Assembly (NCBI GenBank): GCA_040222015.1
Contig: JAVJWO010000175.1
Coordinates: 1 to 46,367 of the forward strand
Direction of reading: 5' to 3'
Source of the DNA: Coleofasciculus chthonoplastes F2-STO-03
GTDB taxonomy: Bacteria > Cyanobacteriota > Cyanobacteriia > Cyanobacteriales > Coleofasciculaceae
DNA length: 46,367 nt
The position numbers and the translations under genes were made by a program. Positions 39,448-46,367 of this stretch are shown piece after piece (the first letter of the stretch is position 1; the number at the start of each line of letters is the position of its first letter). The notes under the pieces were generated by a model. That model ran no database searches and was not told the DNA's origin. It was given only the letters and a program-made list of their open reading frames with translations.

Positions 39448-42402
39448 CTACTTCGCCTCCATCCAATTTTTGCCCTCACTCACATCTACCACCAACGGAA
39501 CAGCTAACTCCACCGCTGATTCCATCGTCTCTCGGATTTTTGGTTGCAACTCCTCCCATTCATTTGGTGGAACTTCAAAGACTAATTCATCATGAACTTG
39601 TAACAGTAATCGCGCCTGGTAATTCTGTAACACCTCATGCATTTTTACCATAGCAATTTTGATAATATCAGCACTAGAGCCTTGTATGGGAGCATTCGCG
39701 GCGGCTCTGAGTAACCCAGCGTCATATTGACCGATTCCTTTGAATTCATCAAGATTAATAGCTTGGGGATTTTTACCTTTAGCATCACGCAGTCTGTTGC
39801 TATTGAACTCAAAGTAACGGCGACGACCTAAAATAGTCTCCACATAACCGTTTGCGATCGCGTCTCGCTTCTTATGTTCTAAATACCCGAAAACTCTGGC
39901 ATAGCGCTGCTTTAATCGGTCAATAAACTCCTTTCCTTCCGCCACGGATACTCCCGCTTCTCTAGCAAATCGTTGGGGTCCCATACCGTAAATTACGCCA
40001 AAGTTGATCGTTTTCCCCAATCGCCGTTCGTCTGGTGTGACGGTTTCTTTTTCAAACAATAATTTAGCGGTTACGGCGTGAACATCCTGATTATTCCGGT
40101 ATGTTTCCACCAGTACGGGTTCTTGACTCAGATGTGCCAAAATGCGTAACTCAATTTGGGAATAGTCTGCTGATACTAATAACCAACCCGATTCCGGTAA
40201 AAATGCTTGGCGAATTTGGCGACTAAATGCCGTCCGAATCGGAATATTCTGTAAATTCGGATTCGATGAGGATAAACGTCCGGTACTGGTTATGGTTTGA
40301 TTAAAATCCGTATGCACGCGCTGGGTGTCTGCATGAACCAGTTTCGGCAAAGCATCAATGTATGTGGATTTTAACTTAGAGAGGGTGCGGTGTTCGAGAA
40401 TGGTATCAATAACCGGATGATCCCCTTGTAGCTTTTCCAATGTGGCATGATCCGTTGAGTACCCTGTTTTCATTTTGCGCGACTTGCGGCGATCGAGATT
40501 CAATTTTTCAAACAGTAATTCACTTAACTGTTTGGGAGATCCTAAATTAAATTCTTCTCCGGCTTGCTTGTAAGCGTTCTGTTCAATGTCTGCGAGTTTC
40601 TTTTCTAGAGATTCTGAGAGTTCTTTGAGGTAAGCCGTATCAATCCGAATTCCCTGATATTCCATCTGGGCTAACACCGGTTCTAGAGGTTGCTCAACCT
40701 CAAGCAACAGCTTCTCTAGCGCTGGAATTGCTTTCAGTTCTTCCCTGAGTTTAGGAACCAGTTGAAACGTGGCATAGACTTGCATCCCGCAGTATTCTGC
40801 CACTGTTTTGCTACTCAATGCAGCAATGGTTTTTGCTTTGGGAATCTTTAAATCTTTGTAGCTTTTTAGCTGAATTTTTGGGACGTAGCGCTCCGTTATA
40901 CTATTGAGATTATGACTATTATCGGGATTGAGAACATAACTGGCTAGCATGGTATCCATAACTACCCCTGCCAGTTTAATCCCCTGACTCTGGAATATCA
41001 GACGATCAAACTTTACATTTTGTAGCACTTTGGGATAGCGATCGCGCTCTAAAATAGGACGCAGTGCTTCTAGAACGGTCTGTTGGTCTAAATTCTGACC
41101 CTGGTTATGGGTGATAGGAATATAGGCAACATCTGCTGGTTCGATTCCCCAGCAGCAGCCAATACCCACCAGTTCGGCGTTCCGTGGCTTTAAAGCGCTG
41201 GTTTCCGTATCCCAAGCCACTGGAGTTTCTATGTTCGTGCAGTTTTCCAGAATATCGACCAGTTGGTCTAATTTATCTTTTGTATCAATAATTCTAGGGT
41301 GAATTGGACAACTGGCTGCCACTTGTTTCTGATAGTCTTCTGTTTCATCGGCTGTCCAGAAAGACAGATCAGGACTACTCTCTTCAACCGAGGGTTCTGA
41401 TTCTGTCCCTACCTCTTCCACCACGTTTCCACCAAAACGCTGCTGAATTTCGTCAATTTTATGTAAGAAAAACTCGAATTCCAGTTTTTGTAAGAAAGGC
41501 TTAAGCACAGAGGGATCAAACCCCTCTAACTTGCCCGCCTTTAATTCCACATCCACAGGTGCATCAAATGCCAATTGCGCTAAGTACTTAGAATGTTCGG
41601 CATCTTGTTTTCCCGTTTCCAGCTTAGTTTTTACTGCACCTTTAATCTGATCAAGGGATGCATAAATGCTTTCCAGGGAACCAAAATCATTCAGTAACTT
41701 AACCGCCGTTTTTTCGCCAATTCCCCTCACTCCGGGAATATTATCGGATTTATCGCCACAAAGGGCTTTGTAATCCACCACCTGTTCTGGTGTAATACCC
41801 AGTTTATTTTTTACCCCTTGGGTGCTATATTCTTCCAGTCCAGTGGAACTGCCGCTTTTTAATGCCTTATGGCTGAGATAGAGAACCGTAATTGACTTTT
41901 GCGGATCAATGAGTTGAAATAGGTCGCGATCGCCAGTTAAAATTTTTACCTGATACCCTTCATCAGTCGCCCGATGTGCCAAGGTTGCTAAAACATCATC
42001 AGCCTCATAGCCCGGAACCGCCAATACGGGTAAATTCAACGCCGTCAGCAATTCTTTGAGATTCTGCAAATCTGGGATAAAATCTTCCGGTGTTTCCGGT
42101 CTATCGGCTTTATAGGTATCATCCGCTTCGTGACGAAATGTGGGCAATTCCAGGTCAAACGCCACCGCCATCGCCTGAGGTTGCTGGGAACTGATCACCT
42201 CTAATAAGGACTTGAGAAAGCCAAAACACACACTTGTGGGTATCCCCGTTTTCGTTCGCAGTCCCCCATCTCGTCCTTTAGCGAAGGCATAATAGGAACG
42301 AAACGCGAGAGAATGACCGTCAACCAGGATAAATAGTGGTTTTTCTGCCGTTCTATGGTCAGCAGAGGGAAAGGCGTTAGGCACAGGCATTGATTGAGAC
42401 AT
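39448..42402 (-). CDS. polA: DNA polymerase I
   Basis: 5'-3' exonuclease (DGHSLAFRSY, EADD, GDKSDNIPGV), 3'-5' exonuclease (WDTET), polymerase motifs TGRLSSSNPNLQNIP, DYSQIELR, NAPIQGS, QVHDE. Confidence 0.98.
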   Translation of the reverse strand: MSQSMPVPNAFPSADHRTAEKPLFILVDGHSLAFRSYYAFAKGRDGGLRTKTGIPTSVCFGFLKSLLEVISSQQPQAMAVAFDLELPTFRHEADDTYKADRPETPEDFIPDLQNLKELLTALNLPVLAVPGYEADDVLATLAHRATDEGYQVKILTGDRDLFQLIDPQKSITVLYLSHKALKSGSSTGLEEYSTQGVKNKLGITPEQVVDYKALCGDKSDNIPGVRGIGEKTAVKLLNDFGSLESIYASLDQIKGAVKTKLETGKQDAEHSKYLAQLAFDAPVDVELKAGKLEGFDPSVLKPFLQKLEFEFFLHKIDEIQQRFGGNVVEEVGTESEPSVEESSPDLSFWTADETEDYQKQVAASCPIHPRIIDTKDKLDQLVDILENCTNIETPVAWDTETSALKPRNAELVGIGCCWGIEPADVAYIPITHNQGQNLDQQTVLEALRPILERDRYPKVLQNVKFDRLIFQSQGIKLAGVVMDTMLASYVLNPDNSHNLNSITERYVPKIQLKSYKDLKIPKAKTIAALSSKTVAEYCGMQVYATFQLVPKLREELKAIPALEKLLLEVEQPLEPVLAQMEYQGIRIDTAYLKELSESLEKKLADIEQNAYKQAGEEFNLGSPKQLSELLFEKLNLDRRKSRKMKTGYSTDHATLEKLQGDHPVIDTILEHRTLSKLKSTYIDALPKLVHADTQRVHTDFNQTITSTGRLSSSNPNLQNIPIRTAFSRQIRQAFLPESGWLLVSADYSQIELRILAHLSQEPVLVETYRNNQDVHAVTAKLLFEKETVTPDERRLGKTINFGVIYGMGPQRFAREAGVSVAEGKEFIDRLKQRYARVFGYLEHKKRDAIANGYVETILGRRRYFEFNSNRLRDAKGKNPQAINLDEFKGIGQYDAGLLRAAANAPIQGSSADIIKIAMVKMHEVLQNYQARLLLQVHDELVFEVPPNEWEELQPKIRETMESAVELAVPLVVDVSEGKNWMEAK

Positions 42403-42420
42403 AGCCTTATTTTAGCGAGT

Positions 42421-42525
42421 TATAGCAACCGCCAAGACGATTAGGAGACATCATTTATGTAGAGACGCGCCATGGCGCGTCTTTAGCACAGTTCATTTGT
42501 CCTAATCGATGTGTCTACTGCTATA
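42421..42525. mobile_element. TATAGCA...TGCTATA MITE carrying a GTAG REP, in the polA upstream region
   Basis: Terminal inverted 7-mers; internal AGACGCGCCATGGCGCGTCT palindrome. Confidence 0.6.
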
Positions 42526-42565
42526 CGTCTGCCTGTCAGGATGTGGTGTTGTTGAGCAACCATCA

Positions 42566-42602
42566 AACAAAAAGCAGTTGGCACTTGCATCCAACTACTT
42601 TC
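42566..42602 (-). terminator. Intrinsic terminator of PEP-CTERM gene 1
   Basis: Minus strand AGTAGTTGG...CCAACTGCT-TTTTGTTT; homologous to 43853-43888. Confidence 0.65.
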
Positions 42603-42645
42603 AGTATCTGGTTAGGTTACAATTTTGAACTCAAACAGCCAGCAA

Positions 42646-43422
42646 TTACCGTTTAACTGCTTTACGGCGACGGCTAATCAAACCTAGCGCACCTAAACCG
42701 AGCAAGGCTCCCACTGTACCGGGTTCGGGGATTGACTCATGTTGAGCTTTTGCTTTAACCACCCAATCTTGGAAGTCATAGTAGAATTCACCATTAGGAA
42801 GAGGGAAGCGAGTATCTTCCATACCGATGAAGTAGTATCCTGGATCAGATACCTCTATGATTGGATTATTTTGGGCTTGATCGGTCAAGCTGGGGAATTT
42901 GAAACTATCTAGCTGAGCCACCCCAAAGGTACGGAACATTGGTGTTCCATTGCCGCTAAAGCCACGCTCCCAAACTCCGAACTGGTATTCAACATCTTTT
43001 TCAAAGGTATAATCAACCATACAGGGTGATTTGATGGTGACGTCACAAGTCCCTTGCCAATCATTGATGAAGGCACTGTTAGGGATATCAAAAGAATTGC
43101 CATTCGGCTTAGCGGCGGTTGGGTTAGCGCCTTCCATAAACAGTGCCGTAAACTGCCCATTGGACATAAAGCCAAAGTCTGAGTAGAATAAACCTCTCGA
43201 ACCTAGCCCATCTGGAGCCATTACACTGAATTTGTAGGTGTAGCCATCACCAAGGAATACATTGGTTTGATGGGGGATGGTTGGAGCGGTTCCCGTCACA
43301 GGGCTATCTTCAACGATATCGATGCCGAGGAAACTAGCAGCTTGTGCTGGAGCGCCAAGTGTAACGAGGGCAGTAGCTGTAGCAGCAGCGACACTTAGGG
43401 TAGAACTGAATAGTAATTTCAT
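42646..43422 (-). CDS. PEP-CTERM surface protein (paralog 1)
   Basis: Signal peptide (PAQAA); C-terminal IPEP-TM-RRRK; GMED...DFQDWVV motif. Confidence 0.9.
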   Translation of the reverse strand: MKLLFSSTLSVAAATATALVTLGAPAQAASFLGIDIVEDSPVTGTAPTIPHQTNVFLGDGYTYKFSVMAPDGLGSRGLFYSDFGFMSNGQFTALFMEGANPTAAKPNGNSFDIPNSAFINDWQGTCDVTIKSPCMVDYTFEKDVEYQFGVWERGFSGNGTPMFRTFGVAQLDSFKFPSLTDQAQNNPIIEVSDPGYYFIGMEDTRFPLPNGEFYYDFQDWVVKAKAQHESIPEPGTVGALLGLGALGLISRRRKAVKR

Positions 43423-43852
43423 CGTTTATCCTTGCTATTAAGACTTTAGTTCTAGATTAGAGCAGATATTAATTATCTAAACTGTGAATAATTATTGCTG
43501 TGTGGGAAGAGTTAAGCTTGAGTCGATGAGCCGAAGCTCTTGGCAACTCCCTTATTTTTCTCCCCTAGTTCCATATTAGACCTTAATAAACTCTCGTTTA
43601 GAGAATCGTCCATCAAAAGGGCGTTTTTCATCAACTCTTCATCAATTCCCCCATTTATATGAAGTTTTCATGAAGAAAGACACCCTCTCTAGTCGGAATT
43701 CCCTCGGAGCTGAAAATATTGATCAATAACCCATCCTCATGACTTGGAAAACAGGATTTGGCTGAGATTGGTTCTCCCATTCAGTGGCTCATCGGCTATT
43801 TCGGCAGGAACAATGTATCCTAAACGACAAAAATGGGTCAGAGAACGAAGAC

Positions 43853-43888
43853 AACAAAAAGCAGTTGGTATTTTTCTCCAACCACTTT
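43853..43888 (-). terminator. Intrinsic terminator of PEP-CTERM gene 2, displaced from its stop by the mini-element
   Basis: Minus strand AGTGGTTGG...CCAACTGCT-TTTTGTT; homologous to 42566-42602. Confidence 0.65.
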
Positions 43889-44031
43889 AAGCCTTGCGAT
43901 TACGTGACGTCCTCCTACACCGACCCTACGGGTACGGTTGTAGGCTTCCTTTGGGGTTCCGTTTCAGAACGACGCTTCCGGCGTTTTATAGTGGGGAATA
44001 CGCAAGAGCCCACTTCTTGCTTATCGCCAGA
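43884..44031 (-). ncRNA. Candidate standalone TnpB omega/right-end guide RNA (scaffold plus ~20-nt flank-derived guide)
   Basis: About 128 nt of multi-hairpin sequence between the predicted TSS and the IS right end, followed by flank and a terminator. Confidence 0.5.
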
Positions 44032-44135
44032 GAATTAATATTAGCTTACAACAAGCAAGTTGTCAATAATAAACTGGCGATTCATCCCACGCTCAATCGA
44101 AGATTAGAGCGTGGGGAACCTATCGCCGGATAAGC
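43904..44135 (-). mobile_element. Non-autonomous miniature IS200/IS605 element (PATE-like) retaining an omega-RNA-like right end
   Basis: Left-end hairpin CCCACGCTC...GAGCGTGGG (44086-44115); right-end hairpin 43914-43944 in a GAAGCC...GTCAC context; no tnpA/tnpB; absent from the paralogous 3' UTR. Confidence 0.75.
44038..44066 (-). promoter_or_regulatory. Sigma70-type promoter TTGACA-N17-TAATAT inside the mini-element
   Basis: -35 at 44066-44061, -10 at 44043-44038, 17-bp spacer. Confidence 0.7.
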
Positions 44136-44168
44136 TAACTTCTAAGTCCAAGAGTGACCCCTGGCTAT

Positions 44169-44942
44169 TTATTTTACCGCTTTGCGGCGACGACTGATGA
44201 TACCTAGGGCGCTTACACCTAACAACGCTCCAACTGTACCAGGTTCAGGTACTGACGCATGTGTAACCTTAACCACCCAGTCTTGGTAGTCATAGTAGTA
44301 GTTGGTAGAATCTTTCTTGAACATTCCATCTTCCATACCAAGAAAGTAAGCACCTTCTTCTGCTACAGTCAAGAATTTGTCAGGGTTATTGGCAACATAC
44401 TCTGGAGTCAGAGGATTGGGATATGACTGATCTGTTGCTGTATTGAACGTGTAACTATCTTTCTGAGCAACCCCAAAGCCAGAGAAGTTACTGGCTCCAC
44501 CACCAAAGCCACGGTCTAATAATCCTAGCTGATATGTCACACCTTCTTCAAAGGTATATTTAACAGTACATTCCTCACCGATACTGATACCACAGGTTCC
44601 TAACCAATCATTGTCGTTACCGGAGCCAGGGTTGTATGGACCTAAGTTTTCTGTAAACAGCGAAGTGAATACTTCCCCAGACATAAAACCGAAGTTTGAG
44701 TAAGTCGCACCTCTAGAACCTAGCCCTGTTGGAACCACAACGCTAAATTCGTAAGTTTTACCATTCCCCTCAAATGTTCCTGTAGCGTGGGGAATAGGCA
44801 TTGGACCGATACCCTTCATAAACGGGCTATTATCAATGACATCAACACCTAGAGTAATAGCGGCTGCAGGAGAAGCAAAACTTGCTAGTGTGGTAGCTGT
44901 GGCGGCAACAATACTTAATGTCGAAATAATTGGTAGTTTCAT
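44169..44942 (-). CDS. PEP-CTERM surface protein (paralog 2)
   Basis: Signal peptide; VPEP-TM-RRRK; shares IPH, GLGSRG, NDW.GTC...C, GMED and DYQDWVVK with paralog 1. Confidence 0.9.
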   Translation of the reverse strand: MKLPIISTLSIVAATATTLASFASPAAAITLGVDVIDNSPFMKGIGPMPIPHATGTFEGNGKTYEFSVVVPTGLGSRGATYSNFGFMSGEVFTSLFTENLGPYNPGSGNDNDWLGTCGISIGEECTVKYTFEEGVTYQLGLLDRGFGGGASNFSGFGVAQKDSYTFNTATDQSYPNPLTPEYVANNPDKFLTVAEEGAYFLGMEDGMFKKDSTNYYYDYQDWVVKVTHASVPEPGTVGALLGVSALGIISRRRKAVK

Positions 44943-45513
44943 AATGGTAATTCCTTCCCTTTAGCGGGTTATATTTGACCAGAGAAAAATTATGCTTAAG
45001 TTAATAAGTTTTCACTTCTGAAAGCCGATTTGCTTTTTCTCTCATAACTCTATATTAGAACACAACAAACTTTTGTCTAGAGATATCCCCCTTAAATGGG
45101 CATTATTTATCAACTCTTTATCAATTTCCTCATTATATATAAAGTTTTTGTGAAGCCAGACATCAATGAGTATAAATTCACAACGAGTCATAACTGTCTA
45201 TCGCTGTTGCCTGTCAAATTAGATACATTCCAAGAAAAAAGGATGATGGACGACATGTTCACCTTGAGCAGTTTGCTTTGGTAACAAACTGATACAACTT
45301 CCTCAATCCAAGAGCAGAAACTTTTCCGAAGGGTTCTCCATCTTGGACTTCCACAGGATTCGTCATTTGGAGGTATAGGCAATTTGTCAAATAATTGTTA
45401 CAATTTTTAATATAGCTTGGGAACGGTTGACCCGTTCACAGAACATAGCCCTTGCCAAATGCAGGCTTGTGTCATCTGAATGTCCATTTTTTCTAGCATT
45501 CAAGGAGATAACC

Positions 45514-45699
45514 ATGTCCCAACCCATGCAACTTTCCCTAGAACAACAATTTAATATCCGCTCGTTTGAAACCCAGGTGCAGAAAATGAGCCGTGAGCAA
45601 GCTCAAGACTTTCTGGTTAAGCTCTACGAGCAAATGATCATGCGTGAAAATATGTACAAGGAGTTTCTCAAACATGAATGGGGTCTAGAACCCAGTTAA
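45514..45699 (+). CDS. nblA: Phycobilisome degradation protein NblA
   Basis: LSLEQQFNIRSFETQVQKMSREQAQDFLVKLYEQM; AGGAG RBS before ATG 45514. Confidence 0.95.
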   Translation: MSQPMQLSLEQQFNIRSFETQVQKMSREQAQDFLVKLYEQMIMRENMYKEFLKHEWGLEPS

Positions 45700-46099
45700 A
45701 AGTACGAGCAGTGGTCCCTGTGTAGTGGGCGACCTCCGTCTCTTGCTCGGTTCCTACGGCGGAAAGGAGCTGGGGATGCTGGGGCGTCAACTCTTATACA
45801 GCTGCAGTGAAAACACAATAAGTCATACAAAGTCATACACTAGAGAGCCAGTCCTGTTAAGGAATTTGACGAATTAACAGTTAGGCGGGTTAAGGACTAT
45901 CGAAGAGTGTCCTGCTTCCTGGGATTTCTACAGGTGTACTACCAACCTCGGATTATTGGATGGGTTGCTAGAATACTTCACTCTCTGAAACCCAAAACGC
46001 CACACGAGTGAGAAGGGAGTGCAGCGAAGAGGCTAAAACGACTAGCTCAACCAAGATTCAGTAAAATTAAGCAAGAATGCTCTTGTGCTGATCTAAGAA

Positions 46100-46367
46100 T
46101 CATCTTTCGCAAGCGGCTGGAGACCCTGGCTTTTAGCGACGGGAGGAAAGCCGCGCCTCCGGTTACCGTTTACAGTTTTTACAGGGAATGTGATAGAATG
46201 TGAGGCATGACTCAACGCGCCTACCGATACCGCTTTTACCCAACGCCGGAACAAGAACAACTCTTGCGCCGCACGTTGGGTTGTGTTCGGTTGGTCTACA
46301 ACTTGGCGTTGCACACCCGAACTGAAGGCTGGTATGAAAGGCAAGAGCGGATTGACTACAAACAGAC
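46100..46367 (+). mobile_element. Left end of an IS200/IS605 (IS1341-like) element
   Basis: CGGCT...AGCCG subterminal hairpin (~46114-46152) and extended -10 TGATAGAAT directly before tnpB; boundary approximate. Confidence 0.75.
46207..46367 (+). CDS. tnpB: IS200/IS605-family RNA-guided endonuclease TnpB, N-terminal part (runs off the window)
   Basis: MTQRAYRYRFYPTPEQEQLLRRTLGCVRLVYNLAL... matches the HTH_OrfB_IS605 start; GAGG RBS. Confidence 0.92.
   Translation, partial: MTQRAYRYRFYPTPEQEQLLRRTLGCVRLVYNLALHTRTEGWYERQERIDYKQ

Noticed and set aside
39448..42402. Intein or insertion in the 984-aa PolA
   Set aside because: The extra length is an acidic linker and short loops; no intein splice motifs seen
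43784..44133. Two plus-strand ORFs of 84 and 79 aa
   Set aside because: They run through a terminator and IS-end hairpins, with no RBS or recognisable homology
45281..45295. NtcA box upstream of nblA
   Set aside because: GTA...TAC spacing is 9 nt rather than 8; the GTTACAAT at 45397 also lacks a good second HLR1 half-site
46093..46344. 83-aa minus-strand ORF as a possible tnpA
   Set aside because: Antisense to tnpB and lacks the HUH/Tyr motifs

Overview
Chromosomal segment of a cyanobacterium. Evidence: many HIP1 GCGATCGC sites, nblA, PEP-CTERM genes and cyanobacterial STRR/REP-type repeats. The repeat style suggests a filamentous Coleofasciculus-like strain (inference). From left to right: (1) the 5' end of an IS200/IS605 tnpB at the left edge; (2) a folate/biopterin transporter, a carotenoid cleavage oxygenase with an internally deleted tandem copy, a GT2 and ilvC; (3) a ~20 kb accessory island (7.4-26.9 kb) with an EamA transporter, a DUF433/PIN toxin-antitoxin pair, an AraC regulator and a divergent cluster: sugar ketoisomerase, DegT aminotransferase, Nudix protein, two GT-C-like membrane proteins, GtrB/GtrA, methyltransferase, frameshifted EamA, SnoaL, aldo/keto reductase, GT4, sulfotransferase and MATE; (4) the core rplS-tRNA-Trp-secE-nusG-rplKAJL block; (5) an outer-membrane beta-barrel, an unlisted 39-aa small ORF, a multi-PAS/GAF histidine kinase, a thioesterase, DUF2442, a DUF4058 pseudogene, a globin and polA; (6) two paralogous PEP-CTERM genes separated by a ~230 bp miniature IS605 element with no tnp gene, which looks like a promoter-driven, terminator-bounded standalone TnpB guide (omega) RNA cassette; (7) nblA and a second tnpB at the right edge. 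The two most interesting items are the omega-RNA mini-element and the aminosugar/lipid-carrier/tailoring/export island. All calls are by eye; no searches were run.
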